Below, piece after piece: positions 62,491 to 64,000 of a stretch of 64,000 nt of DNA. The stretch lies in the NCBI RefSeq assembly GCF_036321535.1, contig NC_087447.1, positions 34,474,001-34,538,000 on the forward strand, read 5' to 3'. The first letter of the stretch is position 1. The number at the start of each line of letters is the position of its first letter. The notes under the pieces were generated by a model that saw only the letters and a list, made by a program, of their open reading frames with translations, did no database searches and was not told the DNA's origin. The DNA comes from Camelus dromedarius. Lineage: Eukaryota. The position numbers and the translations under genes are program-made.

Positions 62491-63004
62491 AGTCCCCTCT
62501 CTGTTTCTATCCCAAATTAGCCACTTTTCATCAAAGCGCTGTAAAATCCTGTTAATTACGACTAATGAGAATGAGGTCCTATGCACTACCTGTTCACTGA
62601 TTTGCAGATTTTTAATATCATTCCTTGCCCCAGGAGAACTCTCCAGGGGACCATCATTACCATACAATTCTTTGGGGGAAGTGAAACAACAGCTGGCCCT
62701 GCCAATCACCATGGCAACACTCCTGTAAGTACAGGGAATCATGTCAACAGAAAAAATTTATACATACATGTATGTTCTCTATTTGCCCTTAATCTCTGTG
62801 TTATACATTGACTTGCTGATGGCACCATCAGGGCTCAGGTAGAGGTGTTTTCAATCAGCTTCAAGATCCCTCCCCCTCATCTGATGTTTCCAAGATCCCA
62901 TCAAGCTGGGCACAGGCAGGGAGAGAGGTTGCTAGGGAAAGGGGAACATTGCCAAGCTCTGGCCCACAACAGCACTTGCTTCGCTCTGGCAGCAAGTGTG
63001 GGGA

Positions 63005-63182
63005 TAGGGATGGTGTGACGGGTGTGTGACCCGTTCGGTAGCACAGGGCCCTGCACTCAGAAACGGCTCACGCCTGGTTTAATACTCTGCTGACACCATC
63101 TCGAAATTCTCAATAACCTTTGAACAAGGGGTCTCACATGTCCATTTTGCAGTGAGCCCCACGAATTATGCAGCATGTCCTG
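63005..63182 (+). mobile_element. MER45A hAT-Tip100 MITE, full length
   Basis: gcacagggccctgcactcagaa...tggtttaatactctgctg...ttgaacaagggg...cattttgcagtgagccccacgaattatgcagcatgtcctg. Confidence 0.9.
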
Positions 63183-63369
63183 TGTGAGAGGCAAGTGATA
63201 GCCAAGCATTTGCTGCATTTCCTTCCTGGTCGGCATTTTCTCCCTCTTTTCACCTCCATCTCAGATCTGCCAATCCACCCAGCACTCTAGCTTAAGAGTT
63301 TTTAATCAAAACTCAATGGTCTTCCTCTAGGAAATGCACCTATGACAATGTCACCAGAATGGAGTTGCT

Positions 63370-63570
63370 CATAACTCTACAAATAATAGTTGCTCTGTGT
63401 GTATTGCCTGCTAGGTGCCAGGTACCACGCTCAACTAGGACTAATATTATTTCTGATCAGGAGGATGGAGAGGTACTATCAGCCCCATTTCACAGTTGAG
63501 GATATGAAGGCTTAGAGAGATTCAGTAACACTCCCAAGGTCACACAGTACTTAAATCTGATGACTTTTCC
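63370..63570 (-). mobile_element. MIR SINE
   Basis: ccccatttcacagttgaggatatgaaggcttagagag...cccaaggtcacacag. Confidence 0.85.
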
Positions 63571-64000
63571 CAAAGGTCCTTCTCAAAGGCTGCTGCTGTG
63601 CCTGACCTGGGCCCAGGTGGTTCTACCATTTGTGCAGATGACTTAGAAGTCCCAGGAGTGCGGGCCCTTCCCAGCCGCATGCCCAGAGTTTCTGGCCTTT
63701 TCCAGACTTGGATGAAACACCATCCGTTCTGGTGTGGGAACTGACATCCTGGGAGGCTGCTGACAGGACTTGGGGGACACAATCTTGAAATGCAGAAGAG
63801 TAAATACCCCACTGGACACACTGACTAATGGGAAATAGGAGTTAAGAGGGAGCTGGGCACATCTATTCCCTCTTCCTCCTCTCTCCGTGGACTAATTCTG
63901 TCATGTGCAAGAAAAGGAAGCCCCACTAGCACAATGTATTCCCACTGCAGGGAACCAGAATGCAGAGGGGGCAGGAGGCTGAGTCTGGGAGCCCAGCAGA

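Noticed and set aside
1..64000. CRISPR arrays, operons, rRNA or other prokaryotic systems
   Set aside because: The sequence is mammalian, repeat-rich, non-coding DNA with no regularly spaced repeat-spacer arrays or dense ORFs.

Overview
This is mammalian, not microbial, genomic DNA, and most likely camelid (alpaca, llama or camel). The main clue is a tRNA-derived SINE at 59169-59300 whose body and tail match the camelid vic-1-type SINE; cetartiodactyl-type L1 3' ends agree. The window looks like a large intron or intergenic stretch with very many MIR and L2 copies. I found no protein-coding exon of a gene I can name. The supplied ORFs are L1 ORF2 remnants, repeat read-through or chance ORFs. 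Well-supported content: several L1s (two with clear target-site duplications), solo LTRs (MER21, MLT1, LTR16A; two with 5-bp TSDs), hAT/Tc2 DNA transposon fossils (Charlie4a, MER5, MER20, MER45A, MER91, MER103, MER104), microsatellites and dozens of MIRs. The most interesting signals are: (1) a decayed mRNA-like insert encoding a transmembrane helix and an acidic-dileucine tail, inserted into an old L1 and later duplicated locally (57.7-58.3 kb and 59.4-59.65 kb), with the second copy forming an open 81-aa chimeric ORF; (2) a divergently oriented CTCF motif cluster at 12.5-16.3 kb; (3) a 99-bp segment with AATAAA bracketed by a perfect 14-bp direct repeat at 5.6-5.7 kb; (4) candidate micro-exon, exon and enhancer modules. 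Repeat subfamily names come from recalled consensus sequences, boundaries without TSDs are approximate, and all regulatory calls are motif-level only.
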